Shown here one piece after another: positions 61,501-64,000 of a DNA stretch of 64,000 bases. The stretch's first letter is position 1. Every line of letters starts with the position of its first letter. The notes beneath the pieces were generated by a model. It worked only from the letters and a program-made list of their open reading frames with translations, searched no databases and was not told the DNA's origin. Source of the stretch: Heterodontus francisci (Eukaryota); NCBI RefSeq assembly GCF_036365525.1, contig NW_027141290.1, forward strand, positions 880,062-944,061, given 5' to 3'. The position numbers and the translations under genes are program-made.

Positions 61501-64000
61501 CATACTGACAAGTGTGATATTGATAGCTCCAACACAGAAGTCCTTGAAGCGGCCAACATCCCCAGCTTATACACACTACTGAGTCAGCGGCGCTTGAGAT
61601 GGCTTGGCCATGTGAGCCGCATGGAAGATGGCAGGATCCCCAAAGACACATTGTACAGCGAGCTCGCCACTGGTATCAGACCCACCGGCCGTCCATGTCT
61701 CCGTTATAAAGACGTCTGCAAACGCGACATGAAATCGTGTGACATTGATCACAAGTCGTGGGAGTCAGTTGCCAGCATTCGCCAGAGCTGGCGGGCAGCC
61801 ATAAAGACAGGGCTAAATTGTGGCGAGTCGAAGAGACTTAGTAGTTGGCAGGAAAAAAGACAGAGGCGCAAGGGGAGAGCCAACTGTGCAACAGCCCCAA
61901 CAAACAAATTTCTCTGCAGCACCTGTGGAAGAGCCTGTTACTCCAGAATTGGCCTTTATAGCCACTCCAGGCGCTGCTTCACAAACCACTGACCACCTCC
62001 AGGCGCGTATCCATTGTCTCTCGAGATAAGGAGGCCCAAAAGAAGGATATTGATAGGTACAGGGAAAACGTTACACTCACCAGAGACATGCAGAAACAGA
62101 ATAAAACCCACATACAGATAAAGTAACTCAGAGGTACACAGTAAAATCCACATTCACATGCCAGAAACAGACAGGGAAAGTAAAACATATCCTCACAAAT
62201 CATGCACAGACAAGTACAGAGTAATAGCGGCATTCACATTACAGAGACTGACAGATGCAGGGTAAAATCCACAATCAATTACCACAAACAAAAAGGTACA
62301 GAATAAAGCAGATATTTCCTTTGCAGTAAATGACAACATGCTGGGTAAAATCCACATTCCCATATCAGAAATGAAAGGGTGAAGAGTGATCCCACATTCA
62401 CTCGCCAGAATAAAGAAGGTACAGTGTAAATGAAAGCAGAAAATGCTGGAAATACTCTGCAAGTCTGGCAGCACCTATGGAGAGAGGGAGACAGTTAAAA
62501 GTTCAGAACAATGATGAACGGCCATTGACCTGAAAGGTTAACTCTGTTTCTGTCTCCACAGATGTTGGCAGGCCTGCTGAGTGTTTTACAGCATTTTCTG
62601 TTTTTTAATTTCCAGCATTCACAGTATTTTGCTTAGTATTATGTTCAATGTAAAGAGCTTTCATCTATTCCAGAAATTTACAAGTACAAAACAATGCTCA
62701 TTCTCACATAACAGATAGTGAGACATTCAAAACAAAACCACTGTTCACTTCAGCAGAAACTGACAGGTACATTACAAAACCAACACTTACATACCAGAAG
62801 CTGATAGATGCATAATAAAACCCACACTCACATCAGAAGTTGGCAGGTACAGTGGAAACCCCATATGTGTTTATCAGATACAGAGAAAAACCCACAGTCA
62901 CATTCCACATTCTGGGATAAAGAATAAATCCCTCACTCTCATACTATACAAAGAGGGACAGATAGTTGGACAGATCGAGATGTGTAAGAGTTTCTTCATT
63001 GTTTTTTAAATATAAACAAACAGATCATGTCTTTCAGACTGACAGATGGAGGATGACTTCCACACTCATACTGTACCAGTGATGAACAGACACAGAACGA
63101 ATGCTATTCATATGCACACCTTTATGATTATTTGTAGTGTATGTTTATGGGATGTGAGCATCTCCAGGAAGGCCAGTAATAGTTGTCCATCCCTCATTGC
63201 CATTTAGAAGATAGTGTCTTGTGGCCTTCTTGCTCCCTCCAGTCTTTGTAGTGTAGGTACACCCAAAGTGGTGTTAGGTAGGGAGTTGCAGAATTTGGAC
63301 TGAATGATGATGCAGGAATGGTGTTATTTTTCCAAGCCAGGATGACATATGAACTGGTGATGACATTGCAGGTGGTCATGTTCTCATACGTTTCCTGCCC
63401 ATGTTCTACTTTGTAGCAGATGTCGTGGGTTTGGCAGGTGCTGTTTCATGGTGCTTCCTCTGGTTGATGCAGTACGTCTTGTAGATGGTACACACTGTGC
63501 ACTGGTGGTGGAGGGAGTAAATGGTTAAGCTGGTGAATGGTAAGCCAATCAAGCCTACTGCTTTGTCCTGGATGGTATAGGGTTTCTTGAGTATTGTTAG
63601 AGGTGCATACATCCAGGCAAGTGGGGAGTAATCCATCAGACCTCTGACTTGTGGCTTGTCAGTGGTGGAAAGTCTTTAAGGAGTTTGGACGTGAGTTACT
63701 AACCACAGAGTTTCCGGCTTCTGAGCAGCTCTGGAAGCCATAGTGGTAATATGGCAGGAAAAGTGTAAATCCTGCAGTCATTTCCCATAAAGTAACATGC
63801 ACAGAATAATGGGCAGATGAAACAAGATAATGACAGGCCGAGGACACAAGCCACAATCACTAATCATAGGCTTGTGGACACAGAATAAAACCCACAATCA
63901 CATACCAGTAACTGAGAGATGCATCGTAAAAGCCACATTCATATGTCAGGAACAGAAAGGGAAAGTAAAAACACTTGCTGACAAATCTGACGCAGACAGA
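58600..64000 (-). repeat. ancient degenerate 41-bp satellite array (mirror of 6524-11400)
   Basis: Recurrent CACATACCAGAAACTGACAGGTACAGA(G/A)TAAAA. Contains the mirrored Penelope-like pair (about 62427-62635) and LINE (about 63148-63735). Confidence 0.88.
61527..62045 (+). mobile_element. young RTE-clade LINE 3' fragment with 11-bp TSD
   Basis: RRLRWLGHVSRMEDGRIPKDTLYSEL...CSTCGRACYSRIGLYSHSRRC. TSD GATATTGATAG at 61516 and 62046. Empty site CTATCAATATC at 8461-8471. Confidence 0.95.

Overview
Vertebrate genomic DNA, most likely an elasmobranch (shark/ray), inferred from an HE1-like V-SINE, the CR1 and RTE LINE types and Penelope-type terminal repeats. The window is a decaying replication-dependent histone cluster (H1>, H4>, H3>, <H2A, <H2B remnant) with tRNA pseudogenes. 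It is present twice as the arms of a large inverted duplication (about 6524-32200 versus about 40781-64000 and beyond), plus an older, more deleted paralog at about 400-5500. The spacer between the arms holds about 3.9 tandem 2.08-kb units (three with a tRNA-Gly(TCC) pseudogene), an H2B 3' fragment and a young 41-bp minisatellite. Degenerate copies of the same 41-mer form multi-kb arrays in both arms. No histone copy is canonical: only right-arm H4 and left-arm H3 and H2A keep open frames, and all three carry radical substitutions. The most unusual signals are: (1) apparent hypermutability of TpA (especially CTA/GTA) plus contiguous substitutions, which would explain serial loss of Tyr and stop codons; (2) a repeated unit of CpG promoter, splice sites and exon that points into each 41-bp array; (3) tRNA pseudogenes far more diverged than their tandem-repeat flanks; (4) an H2B-like gene reduced to a promoter fused to its terminator. 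All alignments and counts were done by eye, so most boundaries are approximate.
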